DNA of 64,000 nt, taken from Isurus oxyrinchus (lineage: Eukaryota). The translations under genes were made by a program, and so were the position numbers. The stretch is taken from NCBI GenBank assembly GCA_026770705.1, contig JANJGN010000016.1, positions 37,510,001-37,574,000 on the forward strand. The letters are read 5' to 3'. The notes under the pieces are model-generated. The model searched no databases. It was not told the origin of the DNA and was given only the letters and a program-made list of their open reading frames with translations. Positions 42,238-54,914 of the stretch are shown here, in pieces (position 1 is the first letter of the stretch; each line of letters starts with the position of its first letter).

Positions 42238-43284
42238 TTAAAGCGCTTCAGAAAGGGGAGCAAGACTACACATAGGGTTGTTATTTCCAAGTACAAAGGG
42301 TTAATGGGTATTCTTTTCAGGACTGATGAGAAGTTTTCAAAGTGTCTGAGGAGAGTGAATCTTTTGCAAAGGCTTTCCAATTTTTTTGTTTTGTGCATGT
42401 GCATTTCCTTCTTCTGCACCCCACATCTTCCCTTTATTCTGTTTCTTCTTAAAATGTTTATCAGTAATATCTTCTAAAATACTGGGGGAGGAGAGGGTTC
42501 ATGTTGCGGGGAGACTTGGAAAATTAAAGAGAAAGGACAAGGCAATAATGCTGGGTAGCGATGCAGAGTGTGACAGGGAGGCAAACATAACAGTGCACCA
42601 ACAATTAAGGTCAGAGTAGAGAAAATAGTTTTAAAAAAGACAGAATTAAAAGCTCTTCATTTGAATACTCACAGCTTTCGTAATGTTGGGGGAAAAAAGG
42701 AATACAGTAATGGTCAAGGGACTTGAAATAAAATATCCCAGCATACAAAATCACAATTGCTAAGTAGTTAACATTTAAAGTTCAGGCTGTGACAGGGAGA
42801 ATGCTAAACCTTGCACATTCTCAGTGCTTGCGAGCATCAGCAAGGCCACATTGGACGAAGAACAATATATGTATGATAGAGGAGCTAGACTGGAGTCAGA
42901 GAATGGCAGTAACATAGATGAAGTATGTTCTTCAACAGATAGGGGAAGAACAGATGATCCCAGCTTAGATAGGAAAGCAGGTCTCTGCCTGGGTGTAGGT
43001 GGGGCCAGGTGATGTATGTACCCTTATACCAGAGACTTGTCTGTTTAATGTAAACCTGTATGTTGATAAGATTGAAATTGAAGAACTGATCAATAATGTA
43101 TAAATATGATGAACACTTGTAGTTTAGCAGAGTACTGTCTCAAGCTGCATTGAGATGGTACCCTCCTTGCAATTGCTCGAATAAACAATCGTAACCTGTA
43201 CCTGAGTCTCCTGTGATCCGTTCATCAAAGACATCACAACAGTAACAAGACGGAAGAATTGAAAGCACAAATAAAGGAGTATGA

Positions 43285-44618
43285 TATGATGGCCATCACA
43301 TAGACTGGGTGTCAAGGTGGCCAAGCCTGGGACATGAATATTCAAGGCTATTTTGACATTTTTGGAGGACAGGAAGAAAGGAAAAGAAGGTGAGGTAGCT
43401 CAGTTAATGAAGATGAGATCAGCACAATATTGAGAAATGATGTTGGCTCAGAAGACCAAAATGTAGAATTAGTTTGGGTGGAGATAAGAAATACCAAAGG
43501 AAAGAATTCACTGGTGGGAATAATTTATAGGGCCCCTATCAATAGCCACACTATAAGACTGAGTATAAATCCAGAAATAATGGGAGCTTGTAAGAAAGGT
43601 ATGCATCAATAGTGGGCAATTTAAACCTTCATATCAAATTGGCAAGGGTAGCTTGGAGAATGTGCTCATGGAGGGTATTTGGGACAGTTTCTTAGAACAT
43701 TTTGTTCTGGAACCAATCAGAGAGCAGGCTATTTTACTTGGTAATGTATAACGAGACAGGATTAATCAATTACTTCATAGTAAAGGATCCTCTAGGCAAG
43801 AATGATCATAACATGGCAGGATTTCACATTCAGTTTGAGGGTGAGGAATGTGGGTCAAAAACTAGTATGTTAAACTTAAAAAAGGCAAACACAAGGGTAT
43901 AGAGACAGAGCTGGCTAAAGTGAATGCAAAATTAGGTTAAAATGAAAGATGGGGGAAAGCAGCGCCAGACATTTAAGGAGATAATTCATAACTCTCAACA
44001 AAGTTCCATTGAGAAAGAAAGACTCTCTGAGAAAGATGCACTACTAGTGGCTAACTAAGCAAGTTAAGGATGGCATCAGATTGAAAGCTGACAGTGCTGC
44101 ACAGATTAGTGGTTGGCCAAAAGATTTTGAATTTTTTAGAAAACAGCGAGGGATGACTTAAAAAAAGATAGAAAAGTTAGAGTATGAGAAGATAATGGAT
44201 GCATTGGTTGTAATCTTCCAAAATTCCCTAGGTCCCAGCAGGTTGGAAAAATTGTAAATGTAACACCTATATTCAAATGTGGAGGGAGATAGGAACCAGG
44301 AAGCTATAGGTCAGTTAGCCTAACATCTGTCATTGGGAAAATGCTAAAATCCATTATTAAGAAAACAGTAGCAGGACATTTAGAAGATCATAATGCAACC
44401 AGGCAGAGTTAACATGGTTTTGTAAAAGGGAAAATATGTTTGACAAATTTATTAAAGTTCTGAGAGGATGTAACAAACAGGGAGGATAAAGAAGAAACCA
44501 GCAAATGTCATGTATTTGTATTTCTAAAAGTCATTCAATAGGTGCCACATAAAAGGTTACGATACAAGGTATGAGCTCATGATGTTGGGGGTGATTATTA
44601 GCATGGATAGAGTGGCTA
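43285..44618 (+). mobile_element. CR1 LINE endonuclease/RT fragment (degenerate, internally deleted)
   Basis: VWVEIRNTKG..VGIIYRAP and LGKNDHNM (APE endonuclease); SYRSVSLTSVIGKML and HGFVKGK (RT). Confidence 0.85.
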
Positions 44619-44662
44619 CCCCCGACCCAGTCCCCATAAAATAGTTAAAATAAAATAAAAAT

Positions 44663-46180
44663 TGCTCCTGCCCCACAGAACTCATTTCTCGTTATCTTGA
44701 CTCCCTTCTCTCTCCCCTTGTCCAGTCCCTTCCCACCTACATCCGTGATTCCTCTGACACCTTACGTCACATCAACAATTTCCAGTTCCCTGGCTCCAAC
44801 CGCTTCCTCTTCACCATGGACGTCCAATCCCTCTACACCTCCATCCCCCACCAGGATGGTCTGAGGGCCCTTAGCTTCTTCCTCGAACAGAGGCCCGAAC
44901 AATCCCCATCCACCACTACTCTCCTCCGTCTGGCTGAACTTGTTCTCACGTTGAACAATTTCTCCTTCAACTCCTCTCACTTTCTCCAAATAAAAGGTGT
45001 GGCTATGGGTACCCGCATGGGCCCCAGCTATGCCTGTCTCTTTATGGGATATGTGGAACATTCCTTGTTGCAGTCCTACCCCGGCCCCCTTCCACAACTT
45101 TTTCTCCGGTACATCGATGATTACTTCGGTGCTGCTTCATGCTCTCGTCGGGACTTGGAAAAATTTATTAATTTTGCTTCCAATCTCCACCCCTCCATCA
45201 TTTTCACGTGGTCCATCTCTGACACTTCCCTTCCCTTCCTTGACCTCTCTGTCTCAATCTCTGGTGATAGACTGTCCACCAATATCCACTACAAACCCAC
45301 CGACTCCCACAGCTACCTCGACTACAGCTCCTCACACCCCGCTTCCTGTAAGGACTCCATCCCATTCTCCCAGTTCCTTCGCCTTCGTCGCATCTGTTCC
45401 GATGATGCTACCTTCAAAAACGGTTCCTCTGACATGTCCTCCTTCTTCCTTAACCGAGGTTTTCCACCCACGGTCGTTGACAGGGCCCTCAACCGTGTCC
45501 GGCCCATCTCCCGCGCATCCGCCCTCACGCCTTCTCCTCCCTCCCAGAAACATGATAGGGTCCCCCTTGTCCTCACCTATCACCCCACCAGCCTCCGCAT
45601 TCAAAGGATCATCCTCCGCCATTTCCGCCAACTCCAGCATGATGCCACCACCAAACACATCTTCCCTTCACCCCCCTTATCGGCATTCCGTAGAGATCGC
45701 TCCCTCCGGGACACCCTGGTCCACTCCTCCATCACCCCCTACTCCTCAACCCCCTCCTATGGCACCACCCCATGCCCACGCAAAAGATGTAACACCTGCC
45801 CCTTCACTTCCTCTCTCCTCACCGTCCAAGGGCCCAAACATTCCTTTCAAGTGAAGCAGCATTTCACTTGCATTTCACCCAACTTAGTCTACTGCATTCG
45901 TTGCTCCCAATGTGGTCTCCTCTACATTGGAGAGACCAAACGTAAACTGGGCGACCGCTTTGCAGAACACCTGCGGTCTGTCCGCAAGAATGACCCAAAC
46001 CTCCCTGTGGCTTGCCATTTTAACACTCCACCCTGCTCTCTTGCCCACATGTCTGTCCTTGGCTTACTGCATTGTTCCAGTGAAGCCCAACGCAAACTGG
46101 AGGAACAACACCTCATCTTCCGACTAGGCACCTTACAGCCTTCCGGTCTGAATATTGAATTCAATAACTTTAGGTCGTGA
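44663..46180 (+). CDS. Penelope RT + GIY-YIG endonuclease (N-terminally truncated, uninterrupted frame)
   Basis: Frame open from CSCPTELISRYLD through MDVQSLYTSIPH, GVAMGTRMGPSYA, RYIDD, Cys linker PCPRKRCNTC, VYCIRCSQCGLLYIGET, RFAEH, GLN; stop at 46178-46180. Confidence 0.92.
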   Translation, partial: CSCPTELISRYLDSLLSPLVQSLPTYIRDSSDTLRHINNFQFPGSNRFLFTMDVQSLYTSIPHQDGLRALSFFLEQRPEQSPSTTTLLRLAELVLTLNNFSFNSSHFLQIKGVAMGTRMGPSYACLFMGYVEHSLLQSYPGPLPQLFLRYIDDYFGAASCSRRDLEKFINFASNLHPSIIFTWSISDTSLPFLDLSVSISGDRLSTNIHYKPTDSHSYLDYSSSHPASCKDSIPFSQFLRLRRICSDDATFKNGSSDMSSFFLNRGFPPTVVDRALNRVRPISRASALTPSPPSQKHDRVPLVLTYHPTSLRIQRIILRHFRQLQHDATTKHIFPSPPLSAFRRDRSLRDTLVHSSITPYSSTPSYGTTPCPRKRCNTCPFTSSLLTVQGPKHSFQVKQHFTCISPNLVYCIRCSQCGLLYIGETKRKLGDRFAEHLRSVRKNDPNLPVACHFNTPPCSLAHMSVLGLLHCSSEAQRKLEEQHLIFRLGTLQPSGLNIEFNNFRS

Positions 46181-46581
46181 GCTCCCTCCCCCATCCCCAC
46201 CCCCTTTCTGTTTCCCCCTTTTTTCCCCCCTTTTTTTCCCCTATAAATTTTATAGATTTTTCTTTTCCCACCTATTTCCATTATTTTTAAATATTTTAAA
46301 ATCCTTTATGCTCCCCCCACCCCCACTAGAGCTGTACCTTGAGTGCCCTACCATCCATTCTTAATTAGCACATTCGTTTAGATAATATCACCAACTTTAA
46401 CTTTAACACCTATGTGTTCTTTGGTACCATTGTTACTGACATCTTTTGATGATCTGCTTCTATCACTGCTTGTTTGTCTACACAAGCACCTCTGTCTCTC
46501 TCTCTCTCTCCTTCCCCCCCCCCCCCCCCCCACACACCTTAAACCAGCTTATATTTCAACTCTTTCCTGGACTCGAAATCA

Positions 46582-46620
46582 AGTTCTGTCGAAGGGTCAT
46601 GAGGACTCGAAACGTCAACT
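46582..46620 (+). ncRNA. Minimal type I hammerhead ribozyme-like motif in the Penelope pLTR (variant core)
   Basis: AGTT-CTGTCGA-A-GGGTC-ATGAG-GACTC-GAAA-CGTC-AACT: stem I AGTT/AACT, stem II GGGTC/GACTC, palindromic ACGT stem III, GUC triplet. Core has A6 changed to U. Confidence 0.6.
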
Positions 46621-47299
46621 CTTTTCTCCTCCGCCGATGCTGCCAGACCTACTGAGTTTTTCCAGGTAATTCTGTTTTTGTTTCCCATAAAATAGTAGAT
46701 GGGCAGATGCCAAAACCACTATTTTAAAAAAAATTAACAGGCAATTGAGCTTTTTAACAAGCCAATCAACCCAAATATTATGCTGCCCACACCATAATGC
46801 AGTTGACCTGGGCATGCAGGCGAGAGTGAGAACTCCATTTTTTTTTAACACAACTGGTTAAAAACTGGGAAGAAAGGGGGTGTGCATCTTTTGTGGGGTT
46901 CCCTGTGCATCTCAGCTGCGCCCTTTGCGAGATGATACCCACCCTTTGTGCCTCCCAGCCTTGTCTCCAAAGCCTGTCATCCCACCCTGTCTCCCCTGGC
47001 TCCCCGATCCCTTCCCACCCCAAAAACCTGGAACTTACCTGAATCTGGGATCCATTGTTCTCTTCATCGTGGGACTTTTGTAAAAGGAGCTTGGATGAGG
47101 TAAATTGGTTGAACTGTTCCCACTGCTTTGTGAGTCAATACTGCAGGACATAAATTTAAGATTGCTACTAGAAGAACAAAGTGAGATTTATTTTACATTG
47201 ATAGTTAAGTAAGACTTACTTATAATAGTAGCAGAAGCAGAGTCCATAATAACTTTTTAAAAAACTATTTGAAAAATAAAAATTTATAAGGGTGACAAG

Positions 47300-48505
47300 A
47301 ACTTTTATTTATATAGTGCCTTTAATGTAATGAAATGCCCCAAGGTGCTTCACAGGAGCATTATAAAACAAATAATGACTCCAAGAGACATTAGGAGATA
47401 TTAGGTTAGATGATCAAAAGCTTGGTCAAAGATATAGGTTTAAAGGAGCACCTTCAAGTCGGGAAACAAGGTGGAGGGATGTAGAGGGGGAATTCCAGAG
47501 CTTGGAGCCTAGGCAACTGAAGTCATAGCCACCAATTGTGGAGTAATCAAAACTGGAGATGCACAAGAGGCCAAAATTAGAGGTGTGCAAATATCTGAGG
47601 GTTCTGGGCCTGAAGGAGATTATGGAGATAGAGAGGGATGAGGCCATGGAGGGGTTTTAAAACAAGGATGTGGATTCTAAACTCAGGATGTTGTTTGACC
47701 AGCAGCCAACGTAGGTCAGCGAGTGCAGGGATGATGGAGGAACAGAACTTGTTGTGAGTTAATACATGGCCAGCAATTTTGAGAATGACGTCAAGATAAT
47801 GGAGGGTAGAATGTGAGAGGCCAGCCAGCTGTGCAGTGGGATAGTTGATTCTGGAAGTAATGAAGGCTTGAATAAGAGTTTCCACAATAGATGAACTGAG
47901 ACAGTGGCAAAGTCAGACGATGTTACAGAGGTGAAAATGGGTGGCCTTTAGTGATGGCGTGAATATGAGATTGGAAGCTCATGTTGTGAGCAAATGTGGT
48001 GCCAAGGTTGTGAATAGACTAGTTCAGTTTTAGACTGTTGCCAGGGAGAGGAATGAAGTTGGCAGCTATGGAATGAAGTTTGGAGTGAGGACTGAAAAAC
48101 AATGGCTTCAGTTTTCCCAATATTTAGTTAGAGGACATTTCTGTTCATCCAGTACTGCATGTCAGAAGAGCAATTTGATAACTTAGCAAAAGTGAAGGAG
48201 TTGCGAGAGGTGTTGGTGAGGTAGAATTGGGTGTCATCAATGTACATGTGAAAACTAATGCTACGCTTTTGGGTGAAGCCGCCGAGTGGCAGCCTGTAAA
48301 AAAGAAATAGGAGGGGGCCAAGGATAATCCTTGGGAGGCACCAGAAGTAATGGTATGGGAGCAGAATGAGCAGCCATTGCAATTGATTCTCTGGCTATGA
48401 TTAGATAGATAAGAATGGAATCACATGAGAGCAATCCCATTCAGCTGGACTACTGTGGAGGAAGATGGTGTAGTCAACATGCTGTAGGCTGCACACAGGT
48501 CCAGA
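47300..48505 (-). mobile_element. L2 LINE 3' fragment
   Basis: Minus ORFs ILGPLLFL, FHMYIDDTQFYL, ETLIQAFITSRINY, LADLRWLLV, LLDLCAAY. Confidence 0.88.
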
Positions 48506-49781
48506 AGGAAGAGGAAGATGGAAAGAACGGGGAAAAGGCACAGGCATGGAATTAAATGGTTATCTGTTTCTGAGAGCAACACAGGCAGAATAGGCTGAAT
48601 GGACTTCTTCAGGGTTGTAAAACTCTGATTTTGTAAACAACACACTCTTTAAAACATTTGTATTTGTTGTAAATCACTATTCCTGCTGCTTAGCTCCTTT
48701 CTATAATCCTTGCTTCAATAAAGCATATAGTCTATACCTTTCTGTTGTCTCTTTATTACATATTTCACAATAACATGATGATTACATTTATCCATTGATA
48801 TGTCTTTTGGTGCTTTTTATGCTTGACAGTCCCACCCTTGCCCAAAAGCCTGGGTTTGGCCTTGATCTTGCATTATAAACTTGTGACTGAATTAAGGTGA
48901 AGATGAAAATTATACTCTGTTTTGGCACACTCTCTAATATTGCACTAATGAGCAAATTCCCTATCTCTGATACACATCAGAATCATTTTCTCAGGAAATT
49001 GTACACTCCCAGGCTCTGATTTTGTGTCTATTAAGTTTAAGAAGCAGATAATGGTGGGGGAGTATCTGGTGGAGAAAAAATATCAGGAACACCTTGTTCA
49101 GAAAGTTCATAATTGGAAACGCAGTCGTGGTTGGGACTTGATGGTTCAAAACAAGATCAATGTCCCATTCTCCTGATTCCTGCTAAACCCTGATCCCATA
49201 AGTACTGCTAGATCCCAACAAAGTACTCTTCCCTAACGTTCTGAAACCCCTTTCTCAGCTTTGTTAGATCCAAGAATTCCCCCCTTTGACAATTCTTCCC
49301 CAGTGATATCATGGGACCCTCTCCTAGTACTTGCAAAATATCTAGACTGTATTATCAATGCTCCTTGATCTCAAAACTGACCTCATTGCTTCCATATCTT
49401 GAGATCTGCTTTCCTAATGTTTGCAGACCTCAGGACTCCTCTCCTGGATCTCCCAGATTCTAGAACTCCCAGTGTTCCAATCATCTCCCTCTCTAGAGTT
49501 CCCTGAACTCTAGGAGCTCTCTCCCAGTGCTAGCAGACCTTGGGAGGCCCTTTCAAAATATTACAAGACAAAAGACCTTATTTCAATCCAGCCTGACCCT
49601 GAGTCATCTCCACTGCTGGTAAAATCTTTGGAGGAGGGGGTGAAATTGGTCTTGGATTGAAGTGGGAACAGCTGATAGTGAATAGGCATCCCTTTTTACA
49701 CCTTGCCCAATTTTCTTTTCCTCTACCCCTTGTTCTCCCACTGTTTTGTTTTGTTAAATAATTTAAAGAAATTCTGATCAT

Positions 49782-50693
49782 TGTTATGACATGGCAGATG
49801 ATGTATGCCAGGCAGATCAAATCCATGAAGGAAACTTGATCACGTGGCCACAACTGTTTTGCAACTAGTATTTTATTTCGAGATGTGTGCCCTGAATTCA
49901 GAAGTAATAAGACTACCACAACTTCAGAGGTTTTTTAGAAAACTATATGAAATCTTTTATTTCGTTAATAAATGTTTAAAGCACATACATAGGTCTACTA
50001 GAATAACTCCTAAAACCTCTAAGTAACCTGGCTCCCAGTTACACCTCCATTAAGGCACCAGTGAAAAAACAAATAAATTAAATCAGATCCAGGCAAAGTT
50101 ACATGATACCCTGGACAGTAGAATTCAAAGTGAATTTTCTGTAGACAGCAACTTGATTCACAGAAGCTGGGGGATTTTCACACTTGTGTTAGATCTTAGA
50201 CTGCCTTCCCTTATGACAGATAGCCTTATCTCCTTTATACATGTTTCTCCCTTATTAATACAAATTCCATTGTTCCGATATGTCTTTGGAACTTTACCTT
50301 TCTCATAATATAAACATTTTTATGGTACTAATTTTATCAGTAACCTTTGGGAAAAATAAATACGCTGTTTAGCTTAGCTTCTTCTGGCTAGGTATCATCC
50401 TACCATCTCTTTGAAATTCAAACTAACCTAATTCATCTAAAAATGCGAATTTTCCCCACACCTCACATTCTGAAACTTCAGCCATGTTTACGTATTTAGC
50501 ATTTCAAACCTAGCTTCTTTTTGATGACTCAAAGTCTTCAGGCCAACTGTCTCCAATTCAATTAAATCCACCCCGCACCACAGCCGCCCCCCCCCCCCCC
50601 ACACACACACACAGAAACTATGCAAACCCCACTATTAACCCATGTTTACATTAAATCACAATAATATTATGAGAATTATTATATTTTCTTGAT
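49782..50693 (-). mobile_element. Putative solo LTR
   Basis: Begins TGTTATGAC (reverse complement of the GTCATAACA end at 41200-41208); internal C-run/CA tract; right boundary uncertain. Confidence 0.4.
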
Positions 50694-53634
50694 ACCATGC
50701 CACTTCTGATGAAGGAACAGACCCAAAATATTAAGCAATCTTTCTCTTTCAGATATCAACTAATCTGATCTGTATTTCCAACACTTCATGTTCTTCATTT
50801 TCCACCATTGGCGGTTTTAATTTAAGGGCCAGTTCTACAATGGTGTGGTTGGTCCCAGTTTTTATGGGAGCTGATACAGAACCTTTGAAGGAGTGGCGTG
50901 CTTATAGTGCTTGCATTGAGCAAGTTTTAGTTTTACTTTTAGTTGGGACCTTTTAGTGTTTCTTACAGTGTCATTTTTCTCAATCCAGCAAACAATTTTC
51001 TCATTTGCTCCCATGAGTGCTGTATGGTTGGAGAGGATACCAGATGGTTGCTGTACTGTTGCTCAACAAATGCTCAGCTCAGTCGAATTAAAATGCCAGT
51101 AAGACAAACTTAATAAATTGCCTGTTGAGTCTGATTAATGTAACAACTAATCTTATGGAGCAAGCACTCAGTTCCCCAATACTTCAAATTCTATAATTTG
51201 AACGGTGCCAGTGAGGCTGAGCATGAGCACTAGCTGTGCAGTAACAAGCTGGAAACTTCCATCACCTCAGATGGTTGAGCAAGGTACAGCACTAGGATTG
51301 TGAAGCTATTCCCATTTCATGGTCAGTTTAGTATTTCTTTTAGGATCCAACAGCTGCTTCACTAGTTTTTCTCCAATGGTACACACTTAATATTTAAATA
51401 TGAAATGATGGTGGGTAGGATTTGGATTTTCCTGCAATTCATTCTATTTGCCATAATGGCACTTTTAATGTAATTTACAACACATTAACATATTTTAATT
51501 TACATAGCCTTCATTGTTAATCTTTCATTTCTGTATATTTCTCCATTAATGTAGAGCACACTATTGCATTATTTCTACAATTATCACTATAGCTATCACT
51601 TAAATCATATCACTTCTCAACATGGTGACTTACTGCCACCTTTTCAAGGGAAATGAGAGATGGGCAACAAATGCAGGTGTTGCCAGTGACACTCACATCC
51701 CATGAATGAATTTTTAAAAAACTTCATCTTCATATCAGAATAGTACAGCTACAAAACTGGCATCTACCAGACACTGTGGATAATTATCTAGGTACAATCT
51801 GTCAACAAAAAACAGGACGCATTCAACCTGACCAATTCCTGCATTTATGAAGACCGTGAATGGGTAGTTTGCTGATAGTTCCTCTGAGCCATTACACTTT
51901 TTGGATATGGTCTTAGATATTGGCCCCTTGAAGCTACTACAAGCACAGATGTCCTGTAAAGGCAACAATTTTCCTCCCCCTTTCTCAAAGTGGGCTCTTT
52001 GGCAGAAACAGAAATCCTAACAGAACCTGCTGAAGATAGTTGCGCATGATTGATTCTGAGGAATTTGCCATGATCAACAAATCTTGCTCTCAATACCCCT
52101 GGAGTGAGTGGAGCAAAATCTCACCTGCAAGCTTCTGGTTTTGATGGCAGTAAAGCATACTTATGGAAAGTCTGATGAATGTTTCTTGTTGTAGTTACTA
52201 CTTCTCGCAGGGGAAAAAAACTCGCTTAAAAAAATACAGCATTGCCCTAAATAAAAACCAAAAAGAAACTGGAAATCTGAACCAAAAGCATAGACACAAC
52301 CAATATGCCTGTAAGTCATTTTTTACTCTTTGGGCAATAGAAAAATAATCACTGTCAGGTCATGTGCCTTTGCCTGTATCACAAGATGCAACGCTTCACT
52401 ATCTCTGCCAATACCTTTGAACTTAAAGCAGCGTTCATTACACAAAATCATTACACAGAGCCTTCACTTTCCTCATTAATTAAAATTGGATTCATGAGCA
52501 GCAATTCCCTTTGATCTTGGAGATATTGTATATATTTGAACGAATCTATCAAATTAAATTATTTTTTTCCCTAGGTTTCCACAGTTACTCAAGACAAAAC
52601 CATTCATACCTAGTTCTAAGCAACTTCACCTCAATTGATCACTTTCAGTCCAAAGCAGACTTGTCCTGGAGGACTTCCTAGTGAAATATCTTTTGTATAA
52701 TGTTTTTGGAATTTTAAGATATTAGCATATCAAAATGTTTTATCCTCCATGTGGTGATTGTCTCTCCTTTTTAGACAGGATAAAGCATACTTTCTGCTTC
52801 TAGTCAGCAATTTAAAATGGTTCAAACAGTTTGTCTACTCCACATGTTTGTATTAAAAAGATAGTATAAAGTCCTAAAGGACACATTTCTCATGCCTAAG
52901 TAACACCTTACTGCATCAAATTCCTCCGGTTTTGGGATAAATTCCTGCATGCTGAAATCTTTGGTCCCAATTAAATGACTTGTCCTTGTGTTTAAACTGC
53001 CTTCTACTTGGAAGTTGAAAAACTTCAAAGGGTTCATTCTGACTGAATGTCAGTGACAAGTATGTCTAAAAGTTATTCCTGTAGAAACAAGAATGTTAAT
53101 CGTCTGGTAGCAATATGTCTGGAGGTTTCAATGTCATGGGCCCAAAAATCTACAAGATGCAATGGACTACCATTGTAACTTTCGTGGGAGTCCACCAGAA
53201 TGGTCATAGAACGAGGCCAGAACTCAGATACACTGGGTCTCAAGTGCACAAAAAAATTTCAATGGTGGCCTTAAGGGGACAGAACCTCTATCCACTGATA
53301 CAAAGAGGGTGAGTGCAACATTGAATATCAAAGTTCCTGGATTCCTGCCCTTCTCTAGGGCCCAGCACATGACTCACGTGGTGAAATTAGGTACAGTATA
53401 CTGGACCACCAAAGGTCAGATGCGGAACCCACCTGGGGGTTCACTCCACAAACATGGCCTCGGCCACTAAAACATTTGGTCAATCCTTTGTGAGGGTGCT
53501 AAAGGAGGAGCTAAAATGTTTCTGAGAGGGAGAGAGAATCAATGTGCTCCCTCAACCTCTGGATTCTTCAGACAGATTTTTTGATCTTTTCAGCTGTGGG
53601 GAAAGGGAATATGAAGTGCTCTAGATGACCTTTA

Positions 53635-53757
53635 GGTTATGGGGAGAAGGCGGGAGAATGGGGTTGAGAAACTTATCAGCCATGATTGAATGGCGGAGCA
53701 GACTCGATGGGCTGAATGGCCTAATTTCTGCTCCTATGTCTTATGGTCTTATGGTCT
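53635..53757 (+). mobile_element. Very short CR1 3' tail insertion
   Basis: Nearly identical to the reverse complement of 30621-30736; ends in (TCTTATGG)2. Confidence 0.9.
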
Positions 53758-54407
53758 TTAGACCATCAAAGGCATAGGAGTCACAGTAACCTCTCTCTAG
53801 ACTCTGCAAACTCAGGTCTGGAACAGACAAAGCCAAGTGCCTAATCTGTGCTGCAAATTTGTGGTGCCATTGTCTGTTCCTATCATCTAATGAATAGCAC
53901 AGTGTTATTTTATCAATTGGGCACTTGCCATACATTCATGGCACAGAACAATTGAAGCACCAGTCTGCCATATCATAGAATGCACTGAGTGCACATTTAT
54001 ATCCTTGACTCCCCATATGATTTCCTCCAGGCCTGACAAAGGAGTAAATTTAACTCAAAGTAAGATGTTTTCCTTAAGGATGGAGTGTGGAGCTTCAAAG
54101 AAATAAAATATTGCAGGTTGCTCTTGACTCTTCTTTCCGACATGCTGACAATCAGTTAGAATGGCATTGGCATTGATCTGAGAGCAGATCATAAGTGCAT
54201 TCTTGGGCAGAAAATGATGTGTGCTCTGTCAAAGATTAAGTGTACCAGGAGGAAGAGAAAAAAACTACACACTTCATGAAACTACAAATTTCCTGCTTCT
54301 TATTGCATGGTAAGTGCAAGGGCTGTTCAACTAAGTGGTCAAAGGTTTAAACAAATTCAGGATTAAGACAGTGTTTTGACTGCAACTCCTTTTTTAGGCT
54401 CAAACAC

Positions 54408-54870
54408 TTTTTTTTAATTCATTCATGGGATGCGGGCATCATTGGTAAGACCCAGCATTTATTGCCCATTCTTAATTGCCCTTCAGAAGGTAATGGCATG
54501 GCACCTTCTCAAACATAACTTGCAAGCCTATTTCAGAGGGTAGCTAAGAGTCAACCACATTGCTGTTGGTCTGAAGTCACACATAGGACAGATTGGGCAA
54601 GGATGGCAGATTTCCCTCCCTAAAAAGGACATTTGTGAACAAGATGCTTTGTTAGTAATGTGATGGTCACCATTACTGATACTAGATTTCGAGATTTTCT
54701 TTCACCCCCTCCCCCCGCGCCCGCGTGCGCGCGCGCCCCCCCCCCCCCCCCCCCCCCCCCCCACCTTCCTCCCCCCACCCCATGCCAACCAGGTATCTTA
54801 CAGGATTTGAACACAGCCTCCAGACCACTAGTTCAGGTGTCCAGATTTGTAGTCCAGTAACATAACAACA
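54408..54870 (-). mobile_element. tRNA-derived SINE containing a C-rich tract
   Basis: Similar to 12360-12710; poly-C/CG tract at ~54706-54781. Confidence 0.7.
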
Positions 54871-54914
54871 ATACCCACTTACTTACCCACCAAGTCAGTT
54901 ATGTAGACTTTTTG

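Larger units (their letters stand above)
44646..46683 (+). mobile_element. Penelope-like retroelement (Neptune-type), 5'-truncated, 13-bp TSD
   Basis: CCCATAAAATAGT at 44633-44645 and 46684-46696; contains the RT-GIY-YIG ORF and a 3' pLTR. Confidence 0.93.

Noticed and set aside
44997-45854. 285-aa overlapping ORF and several antisense ORFs within the Penelope
   Set aside because: Pro/Ser/Thr-rich alternative frames expected from C-rich coding DNA; no domain motifs.
51735-52093. Coding-looking unique sequence with ORFs on the minus strand
   Set aside because: No recognisable homolog, stops in the plus frames and no consistent splice pair.
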